Assembly (NCBI RefSeq): GCF_003334815.1
Contig: NZ_QOWO01000127.1
Direction: 5' to 3' (one strand)
Length of the DNA stretch: 575 nucleotides
Source of the DNA: Escherichia coli
Lineage (GTDB): Bacteria; Pseudomonadota; Gammaproteobacteria; Enterobacterales; Enterobacteriaceae
Positions within the stretch are counted from its first letter, which is position 1. Every line of letters starts with the position of its first letter. Of this stretch, positions 1 through 575 are shown one piece after another. The position numbers and the translations under genes are program-made. The notes under the pieces were generated by a model. The model was given only the letters and a program-made list of their open reading frames with translations. It did not search any database and was not told the DNA's origin.

Positions 1-68
1 TTCGCCAGGAACGACCGGAACGCGGCATCATGCGGCGTGGGCGTTGTGGTGTTTTTCTTCTTACTCAC
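1..68 (-). CDS. 5' end of a downstream gene Z (partial, continues beyond the window); hypothetical protein starting M(GTG)-SKKKNTTTPTPHDAAFRSFLA...
   Basis: GTG at 68..66 is preceded by a full-consensus AGGAGG. The frame is open to the window edge. The nearest in-frame upstream stop is TAA at 131..129, and the only other in-frame start candidate before the GTG is a weak TTG at 125..123 with no SD. The other two minus frames stop immediately (TGA, TAA). Not in the ORF track because it is truncated. Confidence 0.5.
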   Translation of the reverse strand, partial: MSKKKNTTTPTPHDAAFRSFLA

Positions 69-72
69 GGTT

Positions 73-78
73 CCTCCT
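73..78 (-). promoter_or_regulatory. Shine-Dalgarno (AGGAGG) for gene Z
   Basis: Plus-strand cctcct at 73..78 is AGGAGG on the minus strand, followed by a 4-nt spacer AACC and GTG at 68..66. Confidence 0.5.
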
Positions 79-99
79 GGTGAGATGTCTGAACGTATC

Positions 100-118
100 C
101 TGCCGCCTGCACAGGCAG
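100..118 (-). other. Short GC-rich stem-loop / imperfect palindrome in the Y-Z intergenic spacer
   Basis: CTGCC (100..104) pairs with GGCAG (114..118) across a 9-nt loop that itself holds the near-palindrome GCCTG-CA-CAGGC (105..116). No adjacent U tract on either strand, so not a canonical terminator; could be an RNA processing or stability element or a protein-binding site. Confidence 0.25.
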
Positions 119-132
119 ACGGCAAGGGTTAA

Positions 133-399
133 TCAGTGGCAGACCCGCTCAATTTCAAGCGCGCGGAGCAGGTGGCCCCATTCGCTGACTTTCATAGCGG
201 GGATACGCACCCGCTTCTGCTCACTGCAGCGTCTGGCGATATGGCCGCTCATCGCCAGGACGTCCGGGTTAATCTCATCCTGTGCCAGCTCCTGACGTCT
301 GAAGCGGGTATGGCGGTGCAGGGGTTTATTCTCCCGCAGGCACTCTTCACGCAGACGCTTTACATACTCGGCGGTTGCGAAGATAATTGATGGTCTCAT
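133..399 (-). CDS. Hypothetical small basic protein Y, 88 aa, arginine-rich (14 Arg, 10 Glu, 3 Cys, 5 His); possible nucleic-acid-binding or regulatory protein, function unknown
   Basis: ORF-track entry 133..399 (-). ATG at 399..397 is the first start codon in the frame and sits 8 nt after a GGAG Shine-Dalgarno. Codon usage favours CTG, CAG, ACC, CGT, CGC. Same strand as the flanking genes X and Z. About a third of residues are charged, with helix-like amphipathic stretches (TAEYVKRLREECLREN, SEWGHLLRALEIERV). No family recognised by eye. Confidence 0.6.
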   Translation of the reverse strand: MRPSIIFATAEYVKRLREECLRENKPLHRHTRFRRQELAQDEINPDVLAMSGHIARRCSEQKRVRIPAMKVSEWGHLLRALEIERVCH

Positions 400-407
400 G
401 GCATAAT
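399..407 (+). promoter_or_regulatory. Candidate extended -10 promoter element (TGgCATAAT) on the plus strand
   Basis: TG at 399..400, one spacer base, then CATAAT at 402..407 (5 of 6 match to TATAAT), i.e. the TGnTATAAT extended -10 pattern. No good -35: TTGCGA at 375..380 is 21 bp away. A start near 414 would give a transcript of about 80 nt ending at the 466..493 terminator. Motif match only. Confidence 0.2.
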
Positions 408-411
408 CTCC
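408..411 (-). promoter_or_regulatory. Shine-Dalgarno (GGAG) for gene Y
   Basis: Minus strand reads ...CTATGGAGATTATGCCATG; GGAG is the complement of 408..411, with an 8-nt spacer to the ATG at 399..397. Confidence 0.5.
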
Positions 412-465
412 ATAGATAGTGATTGAGATGCCGGACTTCCTGGCGGGGAAGCGCCGGCGGAGAGA

Positions 466-493
466 GGCAGGGTTTATCGCCCTGCCTTTTTTT
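466..493 (+). terminator. Rho-independent (intrinsic) terminator-like hairpin, plus-strand orientation
   Basis: Perfect 7-bp stem GGCAGGG (466..472) / CCCTGCC (480..486) with 6 of 7 G:C pairs, 7-nt loop TTTATCG, followed directly by TTTTTTT (487..493). An A/G-rich stretch (461..465) upstream could extend pairing with the T tract. On the minus strand the hairpin is followed by UCUCUCC, not a U tract, so the canonical orientation is plus. Confidence 0.6.
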
Positions 494-575
494 CATTTCG
501 GACAGCGACGCAGTGCCAGCGCGAGCGCTTTCATCTTCCAGCCTTCCGGCGTGCGGTACATCACCTTCCAGTAGC
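493..575 (-). CDS. 3' end of an upstream gene X (partial, 5' end beyond the window); hypothetical protein ending ...YWKVMYRTPEGWKMKALALALRRCPK*
   Basis: Minus-strand frame is open from the window edge to a TGA stop at 495..493. Codon choice is typical of enterobacterial coding sequence (CTG, GCG, CCG, CGC, CGT, AAA). The other two minus frames in this region are closed or read through the terminator hairpin with rare codons. Too short for the supplied ORF track. Confidence 0.55.
   Translation of the reverse strand, partial: YWKVMYRTPEGWKMKALALALRRCPK

Noticed and set aside
44-295. Plus-strand ORF 44..295 (83 aa) from the six-frame track
   Set aside because: Translation is Cys/Ser/Arg/Trp-rich and low-complexity (e.g. 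CFSSYSRF, SISSARSRW, SSCASS), with no convincing SD. It overlaps the better-supported minus-strand gene Y out of register and spans the Y-Z spacer and the Z start region. Typical of a spurious open frame in GC-rich DNA.
3-445. 9-bp inverted repeat CGCCAGGAA (3..11) / TTCCTGGCG (437..445), considered as possible terminal inverted repeats of a small mobile element
   Set aside because: A single 9-bp match at this distance is expected by chance in a 575-bp GC-rich window. There are no flanking direct repeats or transposase, and the repeats fall inside or next to ordinary coding sequence.
400-492. Independent sigma70 promoter for gene Y on the minus strand within the X-Y spacer
   Set aside because: Best candidates (TATCTA, CACTAT, GATAAA as -10) match the consensus at only 3 to 4 of 6 positions, lack a properly spaced -35, and would start transcription inside or past the SD. 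Co-transcription of Y with X is the simpler reading, though an upstream promoter outside the window cannot be excluded.
466-495. Hairpin just downstream of the in-frame UGA of gene X as a selenocysteine insertion (SECIS) element
   Set aside because: The loop (CGAUAAA) and stem do not resemble the bacterial SECIS apical-loop pattern as I recall it from fdhF. The downstream frame is rich in rare codons, and the structure is far better explained as an intrinsic terminator on the other strand.
518-529. 12-bp near-palindrome AGCGC-GA-GCGCT
   Set aside because: It lies inside gene X and is simply the coding sequence for an Ala-Leu-Ala-Leu repeat (GCG CTC GCG CTG on the minus strand); no need to invoke a binding site.
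428-574. Short plus-strand ORF (ATG at 428, about 48 aa) antisense to the end of gene X
   Set aside because: It reads straight through the terminator hairpin and T tract, has no recognisable SD, gives an Arg/Ser/Ala-rich low-complexity product, and is the shadow of a well-behaved minus-strand coding frame.
1-575. tRNA, rRNA, CRISPR array or tandem-repeat content
   Set aside because: No cloverleaf-compatible segments, no spaced direct repeats, and no rRNA-like conserved stretches were seen; the window is mostly protein-coding with two short spacers.

Overview
575-bp GC-rich window with enterobacterial-style codon usage. My reading is a compact array of three genes, all on the minus strand: the 3' end of an upstream gene X (575..493), one complete small gene Y (399..133, 88 aa, arginine-rich, ATG start with a GGAG ribosome-binding site), and the 5' end of a downstream gene Z (68..1, GTG start behind AGGAGG). 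I do not recognise any of the three proteins from sequence alone, so no gene symbols are given. The most unusual signal is a textbook intrinsic terminator (7-bp GC-rich stem, 7-nt loop, T7 tract at 466..493) oriented for the plus strand, where I see no convincing gene. Together with an extended -10-like element (TGgCATAAT, 399..407), it could define a short cis-antisense RNA of about 80 nt opposite the X-Y junction; this is a hypothesis, not a demonstrated feature. The plus-strand ORF 136..390 is the in-register mirror of gene Y, so strand assignment of the central gene is not fully settled. No tRNA, rRNA, CRISPR or transposon-end signatures are visible.
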